A DNA stretch of 54,998 bases, filler included, from Sphacelaria rigidula (GCA_964200075.2; 5 parts of 5 records of this genome joined end to end with filler, not necessarily neighbours in it), one strand, 5' to 3'; positions 23,437 through 36,325 are shown, counted from the first letter of the whole stretch. Numbers and translations are program-made. The notes: generated by a model not told the origin, from the sequence alone.

Positions 23437-25426
23437 GACCTTCAATATGCTCCACACCCTGCTCGCAGAGATTCCGGAGCAGCACCTCCCGCCGTGCCCA
23501 GCAGAACCAGACGAGTCCCGCCTCTGTCGCGCTGCGGGAATGCTTGACGTGTGCTTGGCGGATCCCGAGCAAGGATTGGACTTTGTCCGCCCCGTACAAG
23601 CCTTTTTGTCGGACCCAATGCCTGCGGTCACAGCCCTCGCCCTTCGTGCCATCGCCGCTCTTTGTCGTGGCGATTGTCTTGACTTCGATGCAGCCCTTCG
23701 TATCGTTTGTAAGAAGGGCAAAGTAGCCCACACGGGGAGTGCTATGGCGACCCGGACGACGGCGCCGGAAGGCGAATGTATATGGGGGGACGCACGAGTG
23801 ATGGCTGCACTGGCAGAACTCTGCGGTGCGGGAGCTGAGGCGGCGGCCGCTGTAGCGGCTGCTGAGGCCGAAGATTCAGATGAGGATGAATCTGAAGGAG
23901 AAGAAGAGTGGGATATGGGTGCGGCGGTGGAGACTCTCCTAGGGTCGAATATTCGATCCCACCCGGATGTGTCCGTCCGCACGGCGGTGTACGCCGCGCT
24001 GGGCGCTCACCTTTCTGCCCTCCTGCGTGCCGAAGGAGTAGAAGAGGACGGAGGTAACGCGGGGGTTGTAGCTTCGCGAGTACGTGCATTTGTTGCCGAC
24101 GCACTGGCCGTCGAACCGGCGCTTGGTGCTCGCGCTAGTCTTGAGAGCGCTGCAGGGGCCATCCTGGTCGCGGAGGGCTTAGAACCAACCACCTGGATAC
24201 CGTTGAAACGCCGCCCACGAGGAAATGACAAGGCTGATGATGGAGATAGCAGTGGGGGGGGCAGTGGACAAGCTAAGGAGCACACCGGGCCGCCAAGTCG
24301 GCTGTCGGCGGCCCTGCCGGACCCAGATACCGTCCTTCAAACTTTCCGTTCGGACTCTTCGTCGTTGCCAGGGCTGGCAGGAGCGGTATTGTGGAGCTAT
24401 CCCGCGGCGTCTGACACTTCGTCGTCGACACCGGAGAGCGCAGAGTCCAGAAAGGGTATAGCTCGCCGGGAGCAGATGGCAGCCGACCTTGCGGAGTTGC
24501 TGGCGGCGGAGGGGGCCGGGGGGGGTGGACTCGGAGTCTGTCCATGGCAACGAGCAGCCTTGCCGCTTGGTGTTCAGAGGTATGTGGCACGATTTTTTGC
24601 CGCTTGCTTTGCTGCGGAATCGTCGGGGACTAGTGACCTTGAAGTTGTGGGTGCTGCAGTCAAAGCATGTGAGCGGGCCATCAAGGGCCTCCGCGGCGTT
24701 CCGAGCGCGTTGATATCTCTTGCTCTGGCGAGTCTGGCGAATTGCATTCCAGCTTCCTTTGCCCACGTCAAACAGGCGGAGGCAAATAAGGCCATCGACC
24801 GACTCCGCGCCGGCACCGTCGAGGGCACCACTTCTGCTTCGGCAAGCGGGGTAACAAATTCTCAGTCTGCCTTTACTGGCGACGAATTCATTCCGTTATG
24901 CGCGGCGGTAGCAGTACGAACCCTTCCAGAGGCAGAGGGTGAGCAGGTGATGGAGGCGCTGCAAGAAATTCACGCGTTCGGTGCACGGGTGGGAGCTCAC
25001 GGTGGCGGCGGAGGCAGAAAAGCCGCCATACCAAACGATGCGCTTTCCTTTTGGTCCGTGGTCGCGTTAGGTGTTGCGTCCGAATGGGCGTGCTTTTGCC
25101 CCAGTGCCACGGAAGCGAAGAAAGTAATCTCGTATGCCGCGCAGCATTTGCTTTCTGAACTAGCGCGAGAAACAGGATCAGCTCTCGTTGGCGCTATCGC
25201 TGAAACCTGGTTTGGCGAAGTCGATGGCACCGGCACGAACTTGCGAGGAGATGGTGCAATCGAATGGCCTGACCTCGATGTCGGAATCGCTCGAATCGGA
25301 GGTGGGGTTGCTGGGGTGGAGACGCCGGCGACATCGAGTGGCTCCAAGTTCCTTGCACTTTTCATGGGGCTGTCTTCGGTTTTGCCCGGCCTACGGTCGA
25401 CAGGAATGCATACAGAATTGCTTCAG
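23437..25426 (+). CDS. FOCAD: Focadhesin/RST1-like protein, internal exon
   Basis: Acceptor AAACAG|G is phase-compatible (NSR-TFNMLHTLL). Contains RAAGMLDVCLADPEQGLDFVRPVQAFL...ALALRAIAALCRGDCLDFDAA, the DUF3730-type motif. Donor CAG|GTAGTT. Confidence 0.85.
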
Positions 25427-25679
25427 GTAGTTTTGGTTGAGTCGGAGCGCGCCGACAGAGCCTGCGATGTATGTTAGAATCGTCACTGGGGTAGGCGTGC
25501 GTTTTATCCCAAGTCGACTATGCAGACGACGTCGGACCATTTCCGTCCCAGAACATGTCGCTTTCACCTACCACTGCTGCTTGGTCGACCGACAATGTAG
25601 CCCTGCGCACCGAGGTACGCAGCAAGTATCCATTTGCCCCCACTTTGTCACGCACGCGTCCGTACATGCGACCGCCCAG

Positions 25680-26107
25680 GTGTTCCATGTTGTCAGGGCG
25701 TTCCAAGAAGCCGGCGTCTGTGGAGCAGCGCTCTGCCTGCCGGTTGCTGCTTCCGAGTGTTTGTCGTGCGGGGTAGTTGATGCCCCAGTCATACTGGCTA
25801 GTCTTCAATCCCTCAGCCTTGCATTGGACGGTGCAGGAGGAAGCGACCAATCATCATTTAATCCGGACGGCAGGACGAAGGGGGCGCTACTTGCGCAGGA
25901 TGCGTGTTTGGGGGCGGCGGGTCTGGTGGTTGCATGCGACGGGAAAGTGGCGCTGCCGGCGGACTTCGCAGCGTCTGTTTTCGAGAGTTTGAGGAAGACA
26001 GCCAGACATCGTCGAGTTGGAGACAGTGGCGCCCGCGTGACGGCTCTGCTGGCACTCGGGTCCATGTGTGGTTGCCCGCTGCTGCCTGGTGGAGAATTGA
26101 CACCCAG
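25680..26107 (+). CDS. FOCAD: Focadhesin/RST1-like protein, internal exon
   Basis: Acceptor CGCCCAG|GTG (phase 0), donor CCCAG|GTGTGT (phase 2). Open, helical-repeat-like frame. Confidence 0.75.
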
Positions 26108-27669
26108 GTGTGTTGCTTTTTTTGGTTTCTCGTTTTGCCCTTCGTTCGTTTGTTTCTTTGGTACCGTGTACGCGCGTGTGTTCATTGGTTGAACAAATGT
26201 ACACACCATCGTTGGTGGCGTGTGTTTTGCGGCTGGTGGGAATAAGGGGTCGTACAAGCTGCAGGCCAGGCAGGCACCCCCCTTCCCCAATGGAGGAAAT
26301 GATCATTATGGGCGAGGCTTAGAGGGCGGGCTACCCCAGCTTCAACGGTCGTCTATCGCCGCCGCCCCCGCTCCCCCCCTATAAATACCATGGATAATGG
26401 CGATATAATGTATTGTGCATGAGGGACCCTGTCAAGTACAGGCCAGGAGCCCATGGGCGAGACCTGAGTGAGAGGAGGGAACTCCGTAGGTACTTTGGTG
26501 GCGATAGGTATTGTGCAAAATGGTAACAGCAGTATAAATCAGACTGTCAGCTTGAATATATTCTGATACTAGAGATAGTATATTCACGTTGAAAACTACT
26601 GCAGTAGCTACATGTATCGCACAAGGACCTAATCAAGAGGTAAGTACGTCTGCCGAGCCAAAGACTACTGCTGTAACGATTCAGCTGACGCTTTTCTTGC
26701 AGTTTTTTGGGGGGCTATCCATCGCAGTATTCAGTCTAAGTTTCACCACACAACTGCCACTTACCTGTCAGCTACTCATTCTTCAGTAACGCGGCATTGA
26801 CGCAATCCCCCTTTTTCTGTGTCGCTGTTCAGTATAGTCACGGCAGTTGAAGATTAGGTATACGTATTATACAGTACATCGCAACAGTTGCCCGACGGCA
26901 AGCGAAGGTAATTTGCTTGTTTGGCATATGTCAAAACAATTTCAGTCGGTTGGTATTGCAAGGTGTATCTTTCATCTATAATAGCTCAACAATGTATCAG
27001 GCGTAGATTTCTTGTGCTCAGCTCCCACACCTCCTCCCTGCCTCTGAGGGAGTTGACACTTCAAAACTCGTTCATTTTTAGCTGCCCACTCACAGGTGAT
27101 CCCTGGTTGATGAGATGTTGTTTGACAAGGTACAGGCTGGGCCGCCTAAGAAGCGGACTTCCTTCAGCCGGTTCTAACTGACGATCTATCGCGGGTTGTG
27201 CCTACTATGACACATCGTGGTAACGTGCAAATGAACGCGCGTATCTCACTCCACGTAGCACTCTGATCTAACAAGTTCCTTTCAAACGGAATACCGAACT
27301 GTAGTCAGCTGCGAAGAGTAGAGAGTTGAGGGTGGCATGTGCGGCGTAGTTAGGGGGAGAAAAACGGCTGAAATCGCATTTTCGGTTACAGTCGCTTGTG
27401 CCGCGGCTGCAAAGTGATGGTGCTGCACAAGTTGTGGTTGTACAACAATACATGTCGTACTGTAGGCGCGCAGTGTCTGGAATGGCACGCAGACGAGGCC
27501 TCCAGCGCGCAAAGGCGTCCGGTAATAGTGTGCGAACCGGTGAGCGGTGGGTAAAGAAAGCTTGAAGGAAATGTCAAATTTCCGGCTGAGGTTGAACTCT
27601 AAAAGCAAGTCAACCGGTTCTCAACAGAAAAACGTGGTTGCGCTGGTCAATTTTGAGTCGTTTGCTATG

Positions 27670-28257
27670 AAATTTTGACACTATGTACATGAGGTATGTG
27701 CAAAGACCCTATCTTTTCCTTCCATTTTTTTTATTTCCCCTAATGAGTAGTTGGTGTTCGAGAATTCGGAACATTTTTTCGGTACAAAATCGTCGACGAC
27801 TCACCGAAATAAATAATCAGCGGGACGGCAATAGCGTCTTTACAACATACCTCATGCACATCGTGTCAAAATTTTGTGGGATAAGACTTGAAATTGAATA
27901 GCTCAACCGCGTTTCATTTTTTCGTGGCTGGTCCATCTCCACGTCGGAACCGGTCTTCGACACGAATACGCGGTTACACAGCTCAATTTTGGGTCGTTTT
28001 CTATGAAATAATGACACGATGTACAGCACGTATGTGCGAAAACTCCACCATCTGCCCCCTAATTGTTTTTCTCTTCTCCGTCAGTTATTGGCGACTAAAC
28101 ATTTCAGAACAGTTTTTCGGAACTAAATCGTGATTAACTGACGGAAAAAAAAGGAAAAAGTAGGCGGCAGATGGTGGAGTCTTCGCACACACGTCCTGTA
28201 CATCGTCAAAAGTTCATAGAAAACGACCCGAAATTGAGTTGCATAATCGCGTGTTCA
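27670..28257. mobile_element. Intronic element made of two related large hairpins
   Basis: Inverted arms AAATTTTGACAC..CATGAGGTATGT / ACATACCTCATG..GTGTCAAAATTT (27670-27875) and CTCAATTTTGGGTCGTTTTCTATGAA..ACTCCACCATCTGCC / GGCAGATGGTGGAGT..TTCATAGAAAACGACCCGAAATTGAG (about 27965-28257). Confidence 0.6.
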
Positions 28258-28634
28258 CATCCCAGCCCGCATCTTGGGCGGCCCAGCCTGTATACTTGAG
28301 AAACGGAAAGAACGAGGTTTTTGTCGTAGTTTTTCCTGCTTTATCCACTGCCTCTAAGGAGTAGAGGGGGGGATGGGGGGCCTGACACGCAGCTGGTAGG
28401 GCCCCTTGGTGGAAGTCGTTCCAGATTAACACATTTCGACGCAAGATAGCGGTATGCGCAGCAACGTTTGATGAGCGTGATGTCTTGATTTTGTTCACAT
28501 ATTGAAATACGCGATAGGCACGATCAGACTTCTAAACAACCTTCTCCTTCACCTTCGCTGCCTCATACCGCATGCCCCACAACTCAAAATATCAACAACA
28601 TTAAAAAACTCCCACCCTCCCCCTCCCTCATCAG

Positions 28635-30732
28635 GCGCATGCGTTTTTCTTCCATACCTTCGCGTCGGATGGTGACGCTCCTCGTGGGAGACATCCAGGG
28701 AGTTATGGATGGCACATCCCTCCGACCTAAAAGCGCAGCGGCGCGTGTGTGGGGTTGCCTAGCTGCCTTGGGCCAAGACGAGCGGTCCATTGGAAACCCC
28801 ACTCTAACAAACGCTCTGGGGTGGTCGGGTTGTAGCGGGGGCGGTGGTGGCGAGCGTGTGGGAGTCAGCAACTCGGAGAACTCGAGGCCAGTTGGTGGAT
28901 CGATCCGCGCGGATGCTCTGCGAGTGGCTCGAGAAGGAACACTCATGAACTCAGTGTTGACTAGGTTGCAGACGGTCGCCGAAGGCGGTGTCCTTGCTAT
29001 CGTTGATGCCGACGAGGCTTTGGGGAGCGATAGGGGTGACAAGGGCAAGCCTACGCTGCCTCGTGAGTTCGCGCGATCGGCGCTGGCTTGCCTGGAGGTG
29101 TGTGGCCATGCTGACCGTGCTCTTCGGGTGCCGCACTCGCAAATGGCCGCCGTGCTCGAGGCGTTGTTTGGAGGAGGCCACGGCGCCGCGGTTGAAACTG
29201 GCTGTGTCTCTCTTGTCCTAGCGCTGGCGGACAAAGATCAGATATACTCCACATGGCTGCGTGGTTGGCTGAGAGGTTCGAGTTTCATGAATCTTGCCCG
29301 CGAAACCCGTCAGCATTTCGTCTCGGTGTTCGATAGATTGGCGTTGAAACTGCCGACGGGTATAGTTAGTACCGTCATCGAGGACGTGTGGGGTGCTGTC
29401 TCCGCCGAGGTGTTCGCCGATGGTACTGATTCTGCAGCGCGTCACTCATCGACGAAGAGGAAGGGAGAGCCAGTTATGGGCCCTGAAGCTACCGTCTGTT
29501 CTGTAGACCTAGTTTCTTTATTCCTGTCTAGCCTAAGGAAAGCGATATTGGCCGAGAGAGGAGAGCCGAGTAAGGATCCCACATCGCCGGCCACCGTACG
29601 CGAGTCAATCACTGGCGTTGTGGTAACAGTGATCCTCCCCTCGTGTATTGTGGGGTATGCAGATCGCGGTGACCGCAACATCTCGTTCCTGGACAGAAGC
29701 GCACCCGACTACGCGCTATGGGACGCGCTGGTTGGCCTGCTCTGTTGCCTACCCCAGCATCGAGTGGAAGACGTAATTAACTTCAAACTTAGTGCGGCAA
29801 ATTGCGCCGCCACCGCGGCTTCCACGGCCTCCACCGATCGCAGCGAGCAAGCCATCAAAGCGTATCTTACAGCTAGATTGGCAGCGGCTACTCAGCATTT
29901 CTGGACGTCAACTGATGAGAGAGCTCAACTTTCGAGTGGCTCCTCGTCCGAAGCTGCAGTTAGGCTGGGCTATGTCACGCGGTGGGTAACGCGAAAAGGG
30001 AACGATCGCCGGGTTAGTACCATATTATTGCCGCACATTGCAGAAGGCCTCAAGCGTGTGAACTCAATGTTTGTCGGTGAGGCTGTCTCCTCTGAGTGGA
30101 AGGCCGGATGGCTCCGGACGCAATTAGATACCGCGGGGCTGCCTGAGATCTGCACTTCTGAGATGTTCGCCCTGCTGGGCGCCGCGGCCGTGGTGTGGGA
30201 GCCTCCGTCAAGCCTCGCTCTGCTCGCGATGGGAGAAACTGCGAGTGAGATGGCCAGAAATCGTCGGTCAATAATGGATTCCGCTACAGATCAAGGAAAA
30301 ACAGGTGACGAGGATGTATCTCTGTCGATTAGCCTCCGGCAGGGGGCGTTGACAAGTCCTGGATCGCGACTACTAGCGCTGGGGGTCGCCGCACCGAAGG
30401 TGGTGACCAACGCTGAAAAAGGTTCCAATGGTGTCTCGACCGAAGTGTTGGCGCGATTGCTTCGAGTGCCGGGAATATTGCGAACTATGATAAGAGAGAG
30501 GATCGAGGTGATGAACGCGGGTGGCGACTGTCAACAAGGCGCCGTGTTGGAAGAGCTTGAGGAAGTGCGATTAGGCGTGGATCGGTTTATCGAAGGCCTG
30601 AAACATTCCCCCGCCATCCTAAGTGGCAGAATGTCGGGACAGTTTTCTGCGCATGCCAGCTCGATCGCGGCCGAGAGGGCGCTGGGCGTGTTGGCGCGGG
30701 TGCCCGATCGTGGTCGAACAGACGCCCTGTAG
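28635..30732 (+). CDS. FOCAD: Focadhesin/RST1-like protein, terminal exon
   Basis: Polypyrimidine acceptor CCCTCATCAG|G is phase-compatible with the previous donor. Open frame of about 700 codons ending in TAG. The four exons total 5483 nt, about 1827 aa. Confidence 0.75.
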
Positions 30733-30755
30733 AGGCAAACGGGCCTGTTCAATAA

Positions 30756-31563
30756 GGGCGTGTCTTCGCACTTTTTTTTTCGATCGAAAAAGTGCGGTCG
30801 AGCTTTTTTGCCGATCTCATAGGTCCACCGCATTTATGTTTCTTGAAGGCTTCGACTCAGAATTATAATTAGCGGCGCGCGAAGAATGCAACCAGGTAAA
30901 AAACAATCGTTTTCGATCGAAAACATGCGGTCGAAAGGCACGAAGCGGCGCTTGACTCCTATTTTACAGACCACCACGCCAAATAACACCTGTTCACAGG
31001 ACCATGCAAACTCCATCCAACTCATTCTCAGCTACCATCGCAACCCTGCAGCACAGAGCACAAGCTGAGCGCAGGGATATATGCACTACAGTAGTTGGGT
31101 GTGCTTTCCTATTTTTTGTTGGCGAAAACTTGCGCATCTTGTCTCATGGTAGGCATCAGGGACGGAACTGCGTGGTACGGTGGGCAACCGAGTTGCGTGC
31201 ACGCTCATGGACTGCAGGCAGTATAAAGCTGCACGTTGCTCAAGTTTTGTCGCATTGTAAGCAGAGAGAGCTGATAGTCTTGGGCTGTCTGCACTGCACG
31301 TTGTCCGCGTCTCGTTTATATCCTCCTGCACGAAACACGCACACACGCACTTAAGACACCCCACTTGCAAGCAGTGCAAACAGTCCAATTGTATGTGCTG
31401 TACACGAGTTACCATGTACAGTTTCACGAATTTCACCATCTTTTTTGGATCTAAAGCTTGAAAATCCATCCGAACATAACTCCATCAAAACGATTTTTTT
31501 TCACTCAGATCGATTCCACCTCCTCATTTTTTCTATCGAAAAGAAAAGTACCAAGACAGGCCT
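30756..31563 (+). mobile_element. PIF/Harbinger-like (Tourist-type) MITE with TAA TSD
   Basis: TAA|GGGCGTGTCTTCGCAC ... GTACCAAGACAGGCCT|TAA. Same family as 14715-15520. Confidence 0.82.
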
Positions 31564-32961
31564 TAATTACCCCAATCTAAGTTCAAAACTAGCGGCCTCG
31601 TTCTGCTAACCTGTCTCTGCGCATACCTGCGCGCTGTGTTTTCTCGTTGGCACAGTGAAGTGCGAGCGTAGAAGATCGTGATACCGGTACGTGATGACGC
31701 AAACCGGCTCTGCTTTCCATTTTTTTTCGCGTGCTGCATGCCGTCACTGCCAAGCACATGTAGAGTACACCTATTCACCCCAGCTCTTTATTATTATTAT
31801 TATTATTTCCTTTGAGGCCCTCAGGGCTGAAAAGGCTTCTACTGAACCAAAATTAAAAAAAAGTGTCCGTCCGTCCGTCCGTCCGGGCCTCATTCTGAAG
31901 GTCCGAACCACGCACGTTTTCCCCCCGAATGGATTCGAAGCCGCGCTGCGCGAAAAAACCATCCCATCGCTTTTCTAACATCAGTCAAGACGCCCTCAAA
32001 AAGTTTCAGCTTCATTGGAGCTCATGGCGTTGTGTTTCGCTTCTGTCTCTGAGCGCACACATAAACACCCCCATTTCGACCCCTTTTGACCAGGGCAAGT
32101 CTTGATTGAACTCCTCAGACTTGACTGTCGCAACTTCAAACGAGGCACTTTTGGAGGTTAAAGGCATCACACGCAGCAACCGGCCCTCCGAATCACTTGA
32201 AACATGCTCAAGAAAGTTCAGCTTCATTGCTGCTTTCTTCGGTGTCTTCACCTGTGCGTGCCGACGCCGTCCGTAGCTGAGGTGGAGGGGGTGTTGAAGT
32301 ACGTGATCGACGTTCACCCCCTTACACCAACCTGATCATTCAGGGGGCATCTCAACAACGAGCTATAGGCCATCAGACACGCGATTGATCTGACCAAATC
32401 TCGGTTTACATGTCGACAAACGACGAGCGTGCGGGTTCCCCTCATCGAAGGGTACGAGGGCGGTAGAGACATTCACTCTTCGCTACCTACCCTACTACGA
32501 GCGAACTCAAATCCGGGCGTCACGTCGTGAAGTTTTTCCCGGAGAGCGGATAGGTTGGATAACAAGTATGGGGCGACCAGAAAACCGGCGAGAAGGTGAC
32601 CCTGGCTGTAGTCAAAATCCGCAAGGAGTTTGCATCTATTATTGGCATCGCTGCCTGTGTTGGTCTCTCTCCTGTCTTTCCTGCCTCGCCTCTTCTCAGT
32701 ATACAGCCAAGACTTCGTGTAATGTGTACTGAGAGCGCCTCACCTTTGGTGCATATTTTACGTCGGGAACCCAAGGCAAGGCGTCTAGGGTCTGCTGTTG
32801 TTGCTGTGTCCTTCTACTGTGTGTTGCTGTCTCTGCCTTTCTCTCCCTCTCCTGGCTTCCCTTTTCGAAGCCTACAGCCAATTGTGTGTATTAACAGCCG
32901 ATTCTCGAAAATGGGGTTGAAAACAAAAATGAGGTTCAACTCAAAAGCCGTGCTTTCCCTG

Positions 32962-33061
32962 NNNNNNNNNNNNNNNNNNNNNNNNNNNNNNNNNNNNNNN
33001 NNNNNTTAATTAATTAANNNNNNNNNNNNNNNNNNNNNNNNNNNNNNNNNNNNNNNNNNNN
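32962..33061. other. Artificial scaffold-joining spacer
   Basis: N44-TTAATTAATTAA-N44. Confidence 0.97.
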
Positions 33062-33481
33062 ACCCCATCGGGGGTCCGCCCCTACAAAGCCGGGACGGAG
33101 CACGCCGGGTTCTCGCCGGACCAGGCTGAGGGAGAGGGAAGGAGGGGGGGGGGGGTATTTGATGCGCGCGTACCGAGATAAGCGTCTGGTGATTTTGAAC
33201 AGCTCATTTCGATGGTCAGCAGAATTCCGCCTGATGTTTTTGGTAAAAGGGCAATGCACATATTCCAGTCATTTTGTGAGTAGCGCTAGTCTTCTGGGTA
33301 TACTCTTTGTCTGCCAAAAGTGTACAGCAGTAGTGATCTCGTCCAATCTGTCCTCTTCGTGGGCGGGCCGTGTTTTCTTTGTATTGCTGAGATAGCGATT
33401 GCTTCTCATCTCTCTCCATAGACAGCAAATAAATCGTGGAATTATGGTTGGATGGCACTGCATTCGATCGTGTAGAGGGCT

Positions 33482-34506
33482 TGTTGCAGGTTGAGGGTCA
33501 CGCCCGGTTAAGCGCAACTTTTCGCTTAAGGGCAAGCGGTCCGGATTAAGGGCAAGCGCCCCAGACTATGGGGAAGCGCCCCTGGTTAGGGGGGAACGGC
33601 CCGGATTAGGGGCAAGCGCCCCTGACTATGGGGAAGCGCACCTGGGTAAGGGGAAGCGCACCCGGGTAAGCGGAAACGCACCTGGGTAGGGGGAAGCGCA
33701 CCCGGGGAAGGGAAAGCCCACCTGGGTAGGGGGGAGCGCATCTGGATACGGGCAAGCGCCCCTGAATATTGGCATCTGCCCCTAGCGACGGAGAAGCGAT
33801 ACACGTATCGTCATCCTATTCCCGAATCAGCCGAAGAATGCCAAACTGTCTAGGGCGCGCTAAGTGTAATGCGTGAGAGGACCGCGTGCTTAGAGGACCG
33901 CATCGGAATTTGAATATCCCTATGGTTAGGGTTAGGGTTACGGTTAGGGTTAGGGTTATGGCTCGTGTCGGCGTTATGGCCAGGGGCGTAGTACCTGCAG
34001 GGACTGGCCGGATTGGTTTTGAAAAACGTCGATCCTGAGGTGTTTGAACTACGGCGCGGTCCTCTAAGCACGCGGTCCTCTCACGCATTACACTAAGGAC
34101 CAACGATACCCTAACCCTAACCCTAACCCTAACCCTAACCTGTATCGTGTGCCCACGAGCCAGAGACACACATATCGTGGGTCCTTAGCACGCCCTAGAC
34201 AGTTTGGCATTCTTCGGCTGATTCGGGAATATGTTGACGATACGTGTATCGCTTCTCCGTCGCTAGGGGCAGATGCCAATAATCAGAGGCGCTTGCCCGT
34301 ATCCAGGTGCGCTCCCCCCTACCCAGGTGCGCTTCCCCTTATCCAGATGCGCTTCCCCATAGTCAGGGGCGCTTCCCCGTAGTCAGGGGCGCTTCCCCGT
34401 AGTCAGGGGCGCTTCCCCATAGCCAGGGGCGCTTGCCCTTAATCCGGACCGCTTGCCCTTAAGCGAAACGTTGCCCTTCACCAGGCGTTGCCCTTAGCCT
34501 GCAACA
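33482..34506. mobile_element. Foldback-like element with TGT...ACA termini, inverted arms of about 330-400 bp built partly of about 20-bp subrepeats, and an internal (CCCTAA)5
   Basis: The left arm TGTTGCAGG..CGCTTAAGGGCAAGCGGTCCGGATTAAGGGCAAGCGCCCC..GCCAAACTGTCTAGGGCG is the reverse complement of the right arm ending CCTGCAACA. Confidence 0.85.
33865..34092. mobile_element. Nested MITE with 37-bp TIRs and an internal (GGTTAG)n tract
   Basis: CTAAG|TGTAATGCGTGAGAGGACCGCGTGCTTAGAGGACCGC ... GCGGTCCTCTAAGCACGCGGTCCTCTCACGCATTACA|CTAAG. Removing it restores the symmetry of the host arms. Confidence 0.85.
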
Positions 34507-36325
34507 GGTCTTCGATGTGGTGGGACGCGTGCTGAGTCAGGTACGTCACACGGGCATTGGGATGCCGCCAAATGTCCCCCGTCTGTGGTACCACCTCTCC
34601 TGTGAGCACCTTGATCATGGTGGACTTGCCCGCCCCGTTTTTGCCGACGCAAGCGACGCGGGATGACAACGACACATGGACGGGAATGCCGAATAGGGTA
34701 GGGACGGTGTTACTGGGGTAGGTGAAGCCGAAGTGGCTCATCTTCATCAAAACCTTCCCCTTTGACTTGACACCTTCGATCGGTCCGGGCTGCGGGATCG
34801 TGAATTTCAGCTTGGGCGCCTTGAGCTCAAAGAACGACTTCGCCGAAGGGTTGACCGCCACGTACTCGTTCAAATTACCTTTGAAGTTGGTGAGCTTGAG
34901 GTTTTGGATGGATAGGATGTGGCTGCAGCAGTCGTTGAGGAGGCCGGAGTCGTGCGACACCATGATGGTTGTAACCTCGGTAAGGCTGTTGAGGTAGATC
35001 TTGTCCCACACAACATTGATCACATTCAAGTGATTGGTCGGTCCATCCAGCAGCAGTTTGTCAGCCTTTTGAAGCATGGCACGGGCCATAGCCAGCTTCA
35101 TGCGCCATCCACCCAAGAGGGTAGACACCGAGTGGTTCAGCTTCGCTTTGCCGTCATTCGTGACTCCCGCCGACGCCACCACCTCAGTGACCGCCACACT
35201 GTCGATGTTGAGACGCTGGATTTTCTCGTCCGCCAACACGTAGTCTACGTGCACGAGAGGTGAGACCGCTCTCCCTGAATATCAACCTCCACGAATACAG
35301 TACGGACCTCGGTCGGGTCGAGGAAATCCCCCACGGAACCGTTCGCGATGGCGCGCATAAGCGCCGTCTTTCCCGAGTCGTTACCGCCAAGAAGACCGTA
35401 CTTTTTACTACGCTTCAACCTCATCTTCGTGTTGTGGAGAAAAAAGTTGATACCATACGCAAGTGTGAATTGGCAGTTGTACAGTTCCTCTGCACCCTCG
35501 TCATCATCCGCGACCTCGTCCGCAACCATCATATCAGCACACTTGTTTCTCAGTGGCTCCGCCGCTCCGCTAGGCGGAGCCTTCGTTGCGATAAGCGACA
35601 GGTACCGGGGGACCTCCTCCCACTGTCCCTCGGAGGTGTGCTTGAGGTTCATGAGAGTGCTGCACATAGCAGCCACGTACGACACCACCACATCCGTGAA
35701 CTCGTCCTTCGCAAGAGAATGAACCACTTCCCGAATCGCGGCGGACACCAGAGCGCTGTCCGCTTTCCTCGAGTTGCTGTTTTGCATAGTCCGTTGAGAC
35801 GCATCAGCTGGGCGTAGGCGCGGTCAGCGACATCACGGGCCTCCGGTTTAGCGATAGTGCTGGCGGCCTTCTCGAGGGCAGGCATGAGGAGGGCAAGAAA
35901 AGGGCAGCATCCCCCGGCTCGTCCACCAGCTTACTCATGTTCTCGATGATCAGAGCAGACTGACGCTTGGTGGTGGTTTTCGTCACGCGCAGTCCACGAA
36001 GCAGCAGCGGCACCACCATGGCCAACGCGGGAGACTCCACCGATTGTACAAAGGCAACACCGGCCAAGTTGTGCATGATCTCAGGAATGTCAGAAGGGTT
36101 CACGACGGCCTTGACGATGTCGCCCGTCATGTGCTCCATGTCACGGTTGTCGATGACGTCGTAACCCGCCGTTATGGCCGCGACTGCAGCAGTCTTGACC
36201 TGTTTATTGGTGTCGCCGATGCACGGGGTCAGCGCGGGTACCACTCCGGGGAGAGTATAACCGAGCTGATTAGGAGCGTGGTCGCTGAATGAGGTGATGA
36301 TGTTGAGGGCCAGCACCCTAGTCTG
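34507..36325 (-). pseudogene. Translation elongation factor 3 (eEF3/YEF3-like ABC-F) pseudogene, intronless, truncated at both ends
   Basis: HEAT region (FVQSVESPALAMVVPLLLRGL, NMSKLVDEP), ABC1 (CQFTLAYG, YGLLGGNDSGKT, LLGGWRMKLAMARAML, LLLDGPTNHL) and start of ABC2 (SLSSRVACVGKNGAGKSTMIK, HASHHIE). Spread over four ORFs (about three frameshifts), with damaged signature and Walker B residues. Confidence 0.92.

Noticed and set aside
27096-27129. Micro-exon inside the long focadhesin intron
   Set aside because: It has a stop in the required phase, and the flanking exons already join in frame.
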